Part shown: positions 22,988 to 36,875 of the stretch, in pieces
How the letters are laid out: the number at the start of each line of letters is the position of its first letter
How positions within the stretch are numbered: the stretch's first letter is position 1
Assembly: GCF_006345805.1 (NCBI RefSeq)
Contig: NC_043006.1
Location: forward strand, 69,192,001 to 69,256,000
Length of the DNA stretch: 64,000 nt
Reading direction: 5' to 3'
Source of the DNA: Octopus sinensis
Taxonomy: Eukaryota
Program-made: the position numbers and the translations under genes
The notes under the pieces: generated by a model
What the model saw: only the letters and a program-made list of their open reading frames with translations
Databases searched by the model: none
Told to the model about the DNA's origin: nothing

Positions 22988-23215
22988 GCACCGCTACTCG
23001 ACGAACGACTCTCTGTGCAGGCTATATATAAGATTTTCACAGTAAATACATTTACTGATGTAGAAAATCTGTTCGACAGCAATAATAATTCTTAAACGAG
23101 ATATAGACAGTAACTGCTCCATAACATAAGGGACGTTAGCCATCTGAATGTGGCTAGGGACAGGGTAGGGCGGTGGGGGTGTTACTGATGCATTTAGCCC
23201 CAGGCGATCGGTGCC

Positions 23216-23268
23216 TGCCATACGTTGATGATAGGCAAACACCTTGAAACCTAGGTCCGTATGTGGCA
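23216..23268 (+). ncRNA. Type I hammerhead motif, U3 variant
   Basis: CAUACG-UUGAUGA-UAGG(CAAACA)CCUU-GAA-ACCUAGGU-C-CGUAUG; 6 bp stem I, 8 nt palindromic helix III, GUC site. Confidence 0.7.
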
Positions 23269-23465
23269 TCCGCTTCTTCGGGGAATGATCTCCCTTTGCA
23301 GGCTAGAGGACGCCGTGATGCGCGCAGCCCTCCTGTGACTGACGTTGATGATTCTCTGGGGTAAATGCATCAGTAACATCCCCCGCCCTGCTCTGTCCCT
23401 AGCCACATTCAGATGGCTAACGTCCCTTATGTTATGGAGCAGTTACTATATATATATATATATAA

Positions 23466-23628
23466 CGACGGGCGTCTTCCAGTTTCCGTCTACCAAATCC
23501 ACTCACAAGGCTTTAGTCCGCCCGAGGCTACAGTAGAAGACACTTATCCACGGTGCCACGAAGTGGGACTGAACCCAGAACTATGTGGTTGGGAAATAAG
23601 CTTCATACCACACAGCCACTGCTACACC
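23466..23628 (-). mobile_element. SINE family A, 5' part
   Basis: Collinear with the A family. Confidence 0.75.
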
Positions 23629-23660
<32 letters not shown>

Positions 23661-24798
23661 ACACACATACACATCCACCAGTGCATGCATTCATCCAACC
23701 CTCTAGTCATTCAAACAGACACACACCCACCCACACACACATGCATACATGCATACATACATACATACATACATACATACATACATACATACATAAGTAT
23801 ATATATACATGTATATACACATCTTGGTATTTAACACAAACAAAAGGAAGAAATAATTTTCATAGTCATTTCAAAGAATGCGTGACTGTGTGCGGTAGCG
23901 CGCGCGTGTGTGTACGTGTACTTGTCTGTGTGAGTATGCGTATGTGCGTGTGTGATTGCGTGATGACTGGGTACGTGCATTTTTTTTTATAGATTTGTGT
24001 GTTTGAGTTCAAGTCTGCGCTTGTGTTAATGTGTGCGGGCGTGTGTGTGTGTGAATATGTGTGTGTGTGAGTGTATGTGTATATGTGTGTGTGCCTGTTT
24101 ACGTCCCCATATGAGTGTGCATGTGCGCATATTTTACACACATGTTGTATGTGTCTGTTTCCATATGTATTGATAATTTAATGTAACATATCTTCAGGAA
24201 TTACAAACTCGCAATAAGCACGGATATAAACACAGCAGCGCAGCAATACACATACACACACACATACATACACACACACACACAAACCACTATATTATAC
24301 TATATAATATAATATATATATATATATATATAAATATTATATATATATATATATATACACCATATATACACACACACACATATATATACATATTTATATA
24401 TGTATACATATGTATATATACGTATACATATATATATATGTATATATATATGTGTATATATATGTATATATATATATGTATATATACCATACACACACAC
24501 ACAATATATATATATGCAAATTTATGCATTTACATGTGTATTAGCAATTTAACATTTACTCAAGGCTACATATTTTAGGGGAAAGGGTGTAGTCAAGTAT
24601 ATTGACCCTGAAGGATCGATAAAATTGTCCATACTCTCTTCCTCCATCTCCTCCTCTTTCTTCTCCACCTCCTCATCCCTTAAAAGGTTGACCTCCGCAT
24701 AATTTAATGTCAAAACCGGAAAGAATAAAACACATGTATCTTCTAGTCTGGCCCATGCCGAATCTGACATCATCCGTCCTTGTTTACAATACAGAGCC

Positions 24799-24800
24799 TT

Positions 24801-24847
<47 letters not shown>

Positions 24848-24921
24848 TTACTACTACTACTACTACTACTACTAATAATAATAATAATAATAACAACAAC
24901 AACAACAACAATAATAATAAT

Positions 24922-24977
<56 letters not shown>
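24799..24977. repeat. (TAC)n/(TAA)n/(CAA)n array
   Basis: Directly visible. Confidence 0.95.
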
Positions 24978-24978
<1 letters not shown>

Positions 24979-25504
24979 GTGTCTACTGGTTTAGGCACAA
25001 GAATAACAATTTTGGGGAGTGGTGGCTTAATAAAAAAAGAGCATGAAAAATAATCTACATAATTACCATATACCATCGTGAATCTATTATACAATGATTA
25101 TATTTTTTGTTTATATAATATTTATGAAGAACTGCACTTTTTATAATAGAATAAAAGTTTGGTTGGTTTGAAAGACGAGCTAGTTTTTGATGGAGTTTCT
25201 CTATGTGTCTCCATTGAAGTCTAATGTGGACTCCGTACCGATTAGATAATATCTAATGGGTACCAACATAGAAGTTGTAATAAAATATCTACTGTAGGAC
25301 TACAAAAATATCTGGTAAAAACAATGGGCAGTTATATTAATAGCTACAAAACTTGACCCCTACCCACAAGAAAAGCAATGAATCTGCTTTCTCTCTTGAA
25401 GGAATACAACAGGTACAAATCAGAGATTGAGGAATCAGAGTGTTAGGATTGGAGAAGTAATAGATAGGTTGAAATCTCACATTATAACCTATAAAGAATA
25501 AGTA

Positions 25505-25870
25505 ATTAGAAACACTGCAACAAATAGTACAAAGACGTACTAGAGGAATTGATATGAAATTTGGATCACAAAACAGTGTCAAGAAAAACTTAGAAAAATT
25601 AATAAAAAATTCTAATATCATTTAGCATAAAGAACAGAGATTATAGAATTAAACTTACTTTGGTAATAAGGAATCTGACAAAGTAGAATACACGTAAATG
25701 TTAGGAAGTAATATAAACATACTAGACTGATGGTTAGAAAAGAATTGAATAACAACAATAAGGTTACAGACATCAGTGCCGTAACACTTTTAGTAGTAAG
25801 TTACAATATTTCAAAGAGGAAAACTGGATTATTTGTGAATTAATAACTCTAGACGAAGTGGCAATAATGA
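25505..25870 (+). mobile_element. Highly decayed R4/Dong-like non-LTR RT fragment
   Basis: ETLQQIVQRRTRGIDMKFG and VRKELNNNNKVTDISAV...NWIICELITLD resemble recalled R4/Dong post-YxDD motifs (IGMxFG, xLNxxNKxxAI, NWxxxELxxLD). Confidence 0.45.
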
Positions 25871-27256
25871 CATCATTTAGAAAATATCAAGTTGAACCCA
25901 GCCCAGCAATTCTAAAATACCTCTTGACGATGCTGACGACGACAAAAATGACTGAAAAAGTTTTATGAGTGACCCTGTGTTGGAATTAATAAATATTGTC
26001 ATATTTCAGAGCAACACTTTTATATTGCTACACTACATTATATCATGACAGAGCACAATAACATGAGGAGAAAAAGCAAATGTGTGTGTGTATATGTATA
26101 TACATGTGTGTGTGGTGTATATGTATATACATGTGTGTGTGTGTATATATATATGTATATATGTATATATATATATATATATATAATATATATATATATA
26201 TGTGTGGTGTGTGTGTGTGTGGTGTGTGTATGTATATATATATAATATAATATATTATATATATATATATATTATATGTATGCATATAATTATATTCTCA
26301 CACACGCATACACATGTATAATTACAACCCCAAGATATATCAATATATATATGTGTGTTTGTGTGTGTGTACATAAATTGTCTATACAAATGTATGAAAG
26401 AAACACAAAATAGGTAACGACTTGAATAATTCAAGAAATGCACAAAAAGTGTACCATTTGGGCGGCGGGGGCGGGGGGGATTTCAAATGCTTGTTTATTT
26501 TGTTTTTCTTTTGCTTTTTTATTATTTTTTATAAAAAATATTTTAGTAGGTTTTTCCATAAATATATTTTAATTTTATGAATTAATTTTTTTGTTGGATT
26601 TGAAACTGATTTATATGTTGGTCCCTTTGGAATTTAATCTACACACACCCACATGCACACACCACACACACACATGCATTATTTCACTATACATACACAC
26701 ACACATTTCATTCATCTTTGAATGTTTTGCTGGTAACCGTGGTACCCTGGCTAACATGGTACCCTAGTTATTGTGACACCCTGGCACTCTGGCCAATAAG
26801 GTTTATCCAAAACATGGTTATTGTTAGATGAAAGTCTCCTCTCTCGGGTAGAACTTCAGAGCCATCCCATGTTTAAAAAATCCCATTATATTTTTATAAT
26901 CGATTATTATTAGGAAATATATAAATAATTTGTTAAAATATTTTGTATATTGTCGAAGTATAACCAAATTATTGCATCTAATTTTTAACAACTAAATCCT
27001 ATATAGACCCTCAAGAGTCACATGGACCCCCCAAAGGTCATACAGACCCCGGTTGAGAAGCGCTGCACTACATGGTGCAACACTAAACTGCAGCAGACTA
27101 TATAGCACTATGGTACACTGCGCACCACACTGAACTGCACTTCATCACTACATACTATACCACTCTAAGCAACGCTACATTACAGCATGTCACACTACAC
27201 GATCTATAAAACCACATTGCATCACAGTACATTATAATGCTTTATACTATGTCATA

Positions 27257-28103
27257 CAGTGCTGTCTTAAGGCATAGGCACACTGGGCAGTGACCCGGGG
27301 TACTCATGGATCTCAGGGCCCAATTCCGATTTATATAGGATAAGACTTGCTGCCAATAAACAAATACTATAGGACCCAGTGTACTTATTAGCCTGAGCGC
27401 CTCACAGTAGTCGGGGCTCAATTTTGATCTATGTATGCTGTAACTCGCTGTCGGTAAAATAATACTATAGTGGAAGGCGGTGAGCTGGCAGAATCGTTAG
27501 CACGCTGGGCGAAATGCTTTGCGTTCGTCTGCCGCTACATTCTGAGTTCAAATTCCGCCGAGGTCGACTTTGCTTTTCATCCTTTCGGGGTCTGTAAATT
27601 AAGTACCAGTTACGCACTGGGGTTGATGTAATCGACTTAATCCGTTTGTCTGTCCTTGTTTGTCCCCTCTGTGTTTAGCCCCTTGTGGGTAGTAAAGAAA
27701 TAAGAAAAATATTACTATAGGGCCCAAAAGCCTGGGCACAAGGGGTCGTGCTCCAGGGGTCACACTAATCTAGCGGCCCAATTCTAATCTACGTATGCCG
27801 TGGCTTTCTATCAATAAATAAATCCCAATGAATCCCGTGCATTGATTTGCTCAGGAACCTTACGAGTTTTGAGGTCTCCATTCTGATCTATGTATGATGT
27901 TGCAGGTTATCAATATTTGAAAACAATAGGGCCTAAAGGTATGGGCACACTGGGTACTGACCCAGAAGCCCCACAGGACTACGGGTCCAATTCTGACCTA
28001 TGTATGATTTATGTATACTGTGGCTTGTTGTCAATAAAGAAATACTACAGGGCTCGGTGTATTGGTTTGTCCGGGGATCTATAATACAGCTAAGACGGGC
28101 CTG
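27257..28103. mobile_element. hAT-like non-autonomous element built from a degenerate ~100-110 bp internal tandem unit
   Basis: Ends CAGTGCTGTCTTA / TAAGACGGGCCTG (imperfect TIR); repeated GGCCCAATTCTGATCTATGTATG...AATACTATAGGG units; no TSD seen. Confidence 0.5.
27474..27707 (+). mobile_element. SINE family B inserted in the hAT-like element
   Basis: TSD-like AATA(A/T)TACTATAG at 27458-27470 and 27708-27720. Confidence 0.85.
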
Positions 28104-28708
28104 TACTACGCTTCTACACTATGTAATACTACTCTACGTTATAATACAGTACTGTACCATACCACGCTATAGTACACTTCACTATGTCACACTTTGTCAC
28201 ATCATACTGCACTTGACTACAACAACAAAAGTGTAATGAACAATAGCAACAATAATGCTACATCCTTCACCATCACCGCCAACGTCATCCATTACCATTA
28301 CCATCAAGACCGCCATCGTCACCACTATTGCTGCTACCACTACCATCTGTCTCTCTCACTACCGTCAATACATCACCGCCGCCGCCAACAACTACACTAT
28401 AACCACCACCACCACTCTGAAACCACACCACATTCAATCTCCATATTACAACAACAAAAACACAACAACGACATTAACGTTGCCACCCCAACATCGACAC
28501 GAACCACTGTCCCCCAAATAATTTTTATCACGTGGGTCGCATTTTCTTTTTTTCTTTCTTGCTTTTCTTAAATTTACCACGATTTTGGCCATTTTCCAAA
28601 ACGCTCGAAATTTGATGCCGGTCGCCATTTTCAATTTGACATATCCCTGACCCCTGACCTTGCTACAGCACTAGTGGTAGTAATAGTAGTAGTAGTAGTA
28701 GTAGTAGT

Positions 28709-28784
<76 letters not shown>

Positions 28785-29264
28785 CAAAGTTTAAATCTTT
28801 CGAGTGACATACAGTGACCTCTGGCGGCTAACCGCTCCAACGTATTTCCTTAAATATTGATAAAAAAAAAAGTAAAAACAGGCCAGAATTAACAAAAGAA
28901 ATTGAAAATGAAACAAAACAAACAAAACAAGAGGCAATTGAATAAGGAAAGAAAGTAAGAAAGAGAAAGAAAGAAGGAAAGAAAGAGATAAAGGAAACAA
29001 GAAAGAAAAAATAAGGATTGAAGGAATGAAGGAAGACACAGAAGCATGGCAACCGTAGCGCAGCGCCGTCTGGCTTCACAATTTCTGATTATACAAGTAT
29101 ATCTCGAGTGTTTGTGTTGCGCGCGCGAGTGTGTGTGTGTGTGTGTGTGTATGTGTTTGTTTATTAGCGTCTGTATGTCGATATTGTTTGCATGTTCATT
29201 CTGTATGTCATGCGCGCGCGTGTGAGTCAATGTGTGCGTATATGTGCGTGTATATATATATGTC

Positions 29265-30344
29265 TTCTTATTGGTGTCACGTATTCTGTATTTTTGTTTG
29301 TGTACTTCGATCTGTTTTCGTCCTTTCGTTGTAGACATTCGAAGCTTTCTTCCAGGGGATCTAATGCGCTTAGCTAGATTTCCCTTGGCGGGCTGGCCAT
29401 ATCGGAGCAATCTCAAGATTAATCAGCCGAAATTGCTAAGATGATCTGGTTCTGACTGATGACTGAGGGCTTCGAATGTCCCGTCCTGTGTTCTTGTGTC
29501 GTCTCTGTGTGTTTCATGTCTTGTCCATGTCTGTAATTAATGTTACTGTTTACCTATATAATCGCGGCTACGTATCCACAATTGTCCTTATACGATAAGT
29601 ATATTTTTTTCTCAAGCTTTGATACGACTCTTAATCTCTCTCTCTTTTTCTTCTCTCTCTCTCTCCTCCCTTATGCCACTCCCTTTCTTTCCTCTCCATC
29701 CGTCCCCCCCCCCTTTCTCTTTTCTACGTTTCTCTAATCTCTCTCACCTCCAGCCCCCTCGATCTGTCTCTTTCTTCTCCTCCCTCGCCACCTTCTCTCC
29801 CTCTTTTCATCTGTCCCTTTCTCCTGTCTTTTTGTTCTCACGTGACAGCTAGCCGCTGTTGAGCGCTCTTTTCGTTTTCAGCAGCCTCAGAAGCAACACG
29901 GATTTGTTCGTCTCCCCGTGGCCTTTAGGCACAACTTCACAAGCCAGCCCCATTCTCAAATCGTCCTGTCGAAAGACCCTTGTCCTACGTCCTGGTTTTG
30001 TTTTGTTGTTTATTTTTTATTTTTACCGTTATTGTTTTACGTTTTTGTATCTTATTGGTGTCACGTATTCTGTATTTTTGTTTGTGTACTTCGATCTGTT
30101 TTCCGTCCTTTCGTTGTAGACATTCGAAGCTTTCTTCCAGGGGATCTAATGCGCTTGGCTTAGATTTCCTTGGCGGGCTGGCCATATCGGAGGAGTCAAT
30201 CTCAAGATTAATCACCGAAATTGCTAAGATGATCTGGTTCTTGACTGATGACTGAGGGCTTCGAATGTCCCGTCCTGTGGTTTTGTGTCGTCTCTGTGGT
30301 GTTTCATGTTCTTGTCCATGTCTGTATTAATGTTACTGTTTACC
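29265..30344 (+). mobile_element. Family X, R-U-R structure (locus 2; first R 5'-truncated)
   Basis: R 29265-29554 and 29925-30344; U collinear with 13503-13849; ends in (TA)n. Confidence 0.85.
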
Positions 30345-30465
30345 TATTATATAATTATATATATATAATATATACATATATATATATATGTATATATAAT
30401 ATATATATATATATATATTATATAATATATTATATATATAATATATATATACATCTATATATATG

Positions 30466-30504
<39 letters not shown>

Positions 30505-30661
30505 TATAGTATATATACATATATATATATGGATATTATAATATATTATATATATATATATATATATATCTATATATATTATATATATATATACTATATA
30601 TATACATATATATATATATGTATATGTATTATATATATATATTATGTATATCTATATATAT

Positions 30662-30728
<67 letters not shown>

Positions 30729-30780
30729 TATAAATATATATATATGTATATATATATACTATACATGTATGTATGTATAT
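30345..30780. repeat. (TA)n-rich tract
   Basis: Directly visible. Confidence 0.95.
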
Positions 30781-31150
30781 ATTCTTCTTGTTTAGATGAC
30801 TTCGGCCATGCTGAGCATTGCCTTTCGTCGAACAAATCGATCCAGGACTTATTCTTTGTAAGCTTAGCACTTATTTTAATCGATCTATTCTTACCGAACC
30901 ACTAAGTTACGGGTACGTAAAAACCACACAACATCGGCTGTCAAGCGATGATGGGTGGGGGACAACCAAGACGCACACATATATCTATACTATGTATATA
31001 TATATGCATATTATATATATATATATTATATATATATATATAGTGTATATTATACATGTATAGTTATATATATATATTTATATCATAATATATATATATA
31101 TACATGTATATTGTATATATATATATAATATATACATATATATATATATA

Positions 31151-31192
<42 letters not shown>

Positions 31193-31685
31193 CACACACA
31201 CACACATATATATATATACACGACAGTCTTCTTTCAGTTTTCCGTCTACCAAATCCACTCACAAGGCTTTTAATTAATATTTAGCAGTAACTCCTCGATC
31301 TGTAACTACTTTGATAAGTGCCAACGCACGAAACTATCGGCGCCTGTGTCACTTTATTGCTTCTGCTAGTTATATAATACACACACACACACACACACAC
31401 ACACACGTATCTATGTATGTATGTATGTATGTATGTATGTATGTATGTATGTTGTATGTATGTTCCTTGTATCGTGCTTTTGTCTCATTTTTCTGTCTGT
31501 TATGTTTTAGCCCAGTTTTCGTCTATTTTCCCTTTTCTGTGTTTAACCTTTGAAATACACAGGCGCACTCGCGCATACACACACACACACAACAAAATAC
31601 GGGTAAAGAAAATCACATCTTTAATTCTAGAATTCAATTTCAATTCAATTTGACATATCCCTGACTCCTGACCATGCTACAACGC

Positions 31686-31689
<4 letters not shown>

Positions 31690-31745
<56 letters not shown>

Positions 31746-31961
31746 CAATAGTAGTAGTAGTGGTGGCAGCAGCATCAGTAGTAGTAGTTGTAGTAGTAGC
31801 AGTTGTAGTAGTAGTTGTAGTAGTAGCAGTTGTAGTAGTAGTTGTAGTAGCAGTTGTAGTAGTAGCAGTAGTAGTAGTAGCATTAATAGCAGCAGCAGCT
31901 GCAGTAGTAGTTGTAGTAGTATAAGTAGTGGTAGTAGTAGTAGTAGTAGTTGTGGCGGTGG

Positions 31962-32002
<41 letters not shown>

Positions 32003-32043
32003 TAGTAGTAGTGTGGTGTGGCGGTGGCAGCAGCAGCAGTAGC

Positions 32044-32088
<45 letters not shown>
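31690..32088. repeat. (AGT)n/(AGC)n array
   Basis: Directly visible. Confidence 0.95.
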
Positions 32089-32179
32089 CAGACAAATTCG
32101 TTTAAAAGTGAGTGCAATATGGATATTTGCTTGGATTTCTTAATCCATCCGTTTTCTCCTTCTAAGCATATTCTTTCAT

Positions 32180-32530
32180 TCTTTTATTCGTTTCAGTCAT
32201 TTGACTGCGGCTATGCTGGAGCAGCACCTCTAGTAGAACACATCGAGCCCGGGATTTATTCTTTGTAAGACTAGTACGCTAAGTTACGGGGCCGTAAACA
32301 CAGCAACGGTTGTCAAGCGATGATGGAATGATGGGGGGGCGGAAACAGGCAGAGACACACACACAAACAGTCAAACACATATACAACTGGCTTCTTTCAG
32401 TTTCCACTCAGAAAGTTTTGGTCGGCCCGAGGCTACAGTAGATGACACTTGGCCAAGGTGCCACGTAGTGGAACTGAACCCGCAACCATGTGGTTGGGAA
32501 GCAAGCTACTTACCATACAGACACTCATGC
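32180..32530 (-). mobile_element. SINE family A, near full length
   Basis: Collinear with 55594-55997. Confidence 0.8.
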
Positions 32531-32866
32531 ACCTATAATATATATATATATATGTATATATATATATCGATAGATATATATGTATAAATATATATATATA
32601 TATATATAGCCTTCTTCCTCTACTACCCTACCAAGAACTCACAACTACCTCGAACACACAAGTGCAAACAAGGGAGTCAGAGAAAGGCAGAATGCCACTT
32701 AAATCTGAACACTACTATAGAAATATTCTTTTAAAAAAACTTTCTTCTAATTTTCTAAATTTAATTATTTAATCGTTACAGTTGAAAAGGTCTCAAAATG
32801 AACCGAAACCGTACTGAAATGTTCACTATAAACATTATTTTAGCATTTCTATTTTTGACTTGTTTT

Positions 32867-32925
<59 letters not shown>

Positions 32926-32933
32926 ATATATAT

Positions 32934-33968
32934 ACTAGCAGAGATACCCGTCGTTGCCCGGTTACATTCAATTGAAGAATTAGACTTTTCTGTATAATCT
33001 CTGAATTAACTGGAATATCTACGTTTCGAATTTCATCAAAATTGCAGATGATGGTTATTTCCCCTCTTTACACACCCTAAAAAAATTGTAATCGTGCCAC
33101 ATGGAAACTAAAAGACGAATGATCACAATAAGCAGTCAGTTACCCTACCCTAGTCGTTACCACTCCCAATGTAGGATCCCTCACCATCCAGGTGACAGGC
33201 ACAGCCGTAAGATGCATTACGAATCTATAGCAATTGGAAGGGCGTGACCTAACTGAAATTAACAACTGTGTGACGTGAGGGCTTAGGAGAAATTAAAGTG
33301 TCACCTCTGGAGTTTGCAAATGACCACTATACTGATACGTAACTGGACAAAATGAATTTAAAATATATAAATGTCTTTGAATAACCAGTCACTCATCTGG
33401 GAAGGCCTTAATCCATGTAATCAATCTGGGGACTATGTGTAACCGAGTGATAATAAAAAGACTGAAAGGAGGTCTGCAATCAAATAACTTTACTCAACAC
33501 TTTGCAACTGAATCAGTGGAGACAAAGATGCCTCTCATTTACTTAACAATTTATGCAGCACATTGCAGAAATCACAATGTAAGTGTATGTCAAAGCAAAC
33601 TGTTGTACCATTGAATTAGAAATAATGCCCAACTTTTATGCTCGGGTAACCCTACAGCTTCCAAGAGCACAACTGTATTTGTTTTTGCTTATATAAAATG
33701 ACAAAATTGTGGGTGTTAAGTCCCCATGGAGGGGTCATTATAACTTTGTAAGAAGATGAAATTTTATAAATATTACTTCATTTGTGTCTAATATCTATGG
33801 TTAAAATTTTATCAACAGCAAAAATATATGAATTGTCATGGGGGTTATGGCCCTTACGCTTAGAATATAATTTCCAAATTTCATAAAGATCCATTCAGTA
33901 CTTTTGACCTAGTTTTGGATCATAAAAGAAATGACTAAAATTTGGGAGTTAAGGCTCCCATTAGGGTG
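32934..33968 (+). mobile_element. Helitron-like (Lep1/DINE-type) non-autonomous element
   Basis: Starts ACTAGCAGAGATACCCGTCGTTGCCCGG within (TA)n; later CCAAATTTCATAAAGATCC motif typical of this class; the 3' boundary is uncertain. Confidence 0.4.
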
Positions 33969-34016
33969 TTATATATATATTATATAATATATATATATAT
34001 ATATATAGATAGATAG

Positions 34017-34064
<48 letters not shown>

Positions 34065-34073
34065 GATAGATAG

Positions 34074-34114
<41 letters not shown>

Positions 34115-34335
34115 TAGATACACACACACACACACAAAGATAAATTGATAGATACCTGAGTGGCAAAACAAAATATGAGACACCACCTAGTGCTTTTTTA
34201 TGTTGATAAGCCTAGTACTTATTCTATTAGTTTGTTCTTGTGAAACCAGTAAGTTTTGTGGAGGTAAATAAATGAACAGCAGTTGTGAAGCAGTGATGAG
34301 GGCGAAACACAGGCACAAAGACACACACATACACT

Positions 34336-34370
<35 letters not shown>

Positions 34371-34412
34371 GATTGATTTGTTTCATTTCCTGTCTACGAA
34401 ATCCATATATAA

Positions 34413-36875
34413 TGTTGGCATCCTTTTTGTCTCGGGAGACAATGGAGTTGCGCATAATATAATCTAGGCCGGCTTTTACATTTCATGCCCTAATACATCT
34501 CCTGCTGTGGCTGTGTAGTCATATCCTGGACAAACATTCCCTCTGGCAGGTGCCGCAAATGTAGGGAAGACTTTGTCTGGTTGGTTGTAATGTCATAGTT
34601 TCTTGTTGACGTCTTTTCTTGTCTTTCCATTTCTCCTCTCCCTCTGTCACTCCTTTGTGTTCCCTCTTTTACGGTACGTTGCCAATCTCCACGGTTGGTG
34701 GCAACTGCTTCCCAGTTGGTAATATTGATGTTGCAGGCATTCATGTCCTTTTTGCAAACATCCTTGTATGGTAAAAACGGTCTTCCCACAGACCTAGTAC
34801 CCCTAGCAAGCTCTCCGTTGAGTATGTCCTTGGGGAGTCTGCCATCTTCCATTCGGTTAACATGTCGAAGCCATCTCATACGTCTTTGTGTGAGGAGTGT
34901 AAACATGCTTGGTATTCCTGCTTGCTTGAGGACAACTTTGTTGGGGACATGATTCTGCCATTTGATGCGAAGGATTTTCCGGAGGCAGCGCAGGTGACGC
35001 TCTTGGCGTTTGTATGGCGTCCAAGTCTCACTTCCATACAGTATAGTGCTAAGTACACATGCCTGGTAAATCTTCATTTTCATAGTCTTGGTCAGTTTAT
35101 TGTTGTCCCATGCCCGTTTGGAGAGTTGGGCTATCACAGCAGCTGCCTTGCCAATGCGCATATTGAGCTCAGCATCTAGGGATAGGTTGTGGGGCGGTAG
35201 AGCCAAGATAGGTCAACTTCTCTCCACCTCCTGTAGTCTGTTGTCTCCAATATGTAGGTTTGGGATGTCGATGTAGCCTGATCCATGATGTTGGTCTTCT
35301 TGAGGCTGATAACTAAGCCAAAGTTGGCCACATGCTTGCCAAAACAGTTATGAGCCTTTGTAGGGCTTCTTCTTCTGTGTGTGATACCAGAGTGGCATCA
35401 TCAGCAAATAGCATCTCCTTGATCAGGACGCTTCTGATTTTGGTCTTGGCACACAGACGCGAGAGATTGAACAGTTTCCCATCCCTTCTACTGTGCAGAA
35501 ACACTCCATCATCTGATGTCACAAAGGCATGTGACAGCAGCAGCGAGAAGATGTCAAATAATGTAGGAGCAAGGACACAACCTTGCTTTACTCCATTTTT
35601 TATTTGGAAGGCGGCTGATGTTGAACCATTGTGCTGTATGGTGCCTTGCACATCATGGAAAGATGTGATGATCCTCAGCAGCTTTGGTGGACATCCAATT
35701 TTTTGGAGCAGGATGAAGAGGCCTTTTCTACTTACCAAGTCAAAGGCCTTTGTCAGATCAATGAAAGCCATATATAATGGCATTTTCTGCTCTCTGGACT
35801 TCTCCTGAAGTATGGAGAATATCATGTCAATAGTTGATCTGCTTCTTCTAACGCCACACTGCGATTCTGGATAAATTCGAGAAGCAAGCAGTTGCAGCCT
35901 GGACAGGATAACGCGAGCAAAGGCTTTTCCAACAGTGCTTAGAAGAGATATTCCATGGTAATTGTTACAATCACCACGGTCACCTTTGTTTTTGTAAAGC
36001 GTAATGATGTTAGCATCCCGCATATACTGAGGGGCTGTACCCTCTTCCCAGCACTGACACAGAAGCTCATGAATGTGCCGAAGCAGGATGGTGTTTTTGC
36101 CGGTTTTGATGATCTCTAAGGGGATGCCGTCTTTTCCCGGAGCCTTGTTACTTGCTAGGGAGTCAATAACCTTGGTGAGCTCTGCAATAGATGGCAACTG
36201 TCAAGTTCACACATGACTGGTAAGATCTTGGCACCCTCGATTGCAGCCTCAGCTACCGTGGTCTCTCGTGAGTAGATATCCTGGTAGTACTCCATCCATC
36301 TATCCATTTGCTTGCTTTGGTCCCCAGTAGTTGATTTCAGAGGGGCTGACTTGGTTGCGGATGGACCGAGGGCCTTCTTCAAACCGGCATACATCCCACG
36401 GGTGTCGCCACTGTCAGCAGCTGACTGGATACTCTGACAGATTTCCTGCCAATACCTATTTGCACAGCGTCTGGCAGTCAGTTGGGTTTTATTGCTTGCC
36501 TTTCTGAGTTCTTCGAGTGACTTTATAGGAGAATCACTCTTGTATTACATCAGAGCTGCACGCTTTGTTTCGATAACTGTTTCCAGCTCTGAGAGCCCAG
36601 CACTGAATAAAATCTGGGTTTTGCCTTTCTCTCATGCCGAAAGTATATATTGAAGTGGTATACAAAGCTTCCCTGATATAATTCCATCTACTTTCAGCAG
36701 AGGTGGTTGGACAGCTACTGAGGGCAAAATATTGTCGCAGTGTAGGGTCGGGGGTTCTGGCAGTGTTAATGCGTGGTCGGCCCATTTTCTTGGAGTGATG
36801 GACTTTTATAGGCAGAATCCTATGTTTATGTCACAATCCGCGCTGTGGTAACTACGACTCAGTTGAACAGAATTC
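34413..36875 (-). mobile_element. RTE-clade LINE, 5'-truncated, decayed
   Basis: SYHSADCD (end of APE domain), KAPGKDGIP, YHGISLLS, FIDLTKAFDLV, GVKQGCVLAPTLF, LFADD, LYGSETW, C-terminal YICGTCQREC...HSHSRRC; several frameshifts. Confidence 0.92.

Larger units (their letters stand above)
22731..23447. mobile_element. Non-autonomous HHR-bearing element with A-B-C-A-B'-A' (direct plus inverted) structure
   Basis: A 22731-22857 and 23084-23209; B 22858-22993 inverted at 23209-23352; A inverted at 23356-23447; flanked by (TA)n. Confidence 0.85.

Noticed and set aside
26990-27065. hAT/Charlie-like end (CAGCGCTTCTCAACC on the minus strand)
   Set aside because: No partner end or TSD found.
33015-33050. 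TTGATGA...GAAACGTA on the minus strand
   Set aside because: No stem II or stem I; it is part of a Helitron-like motif.
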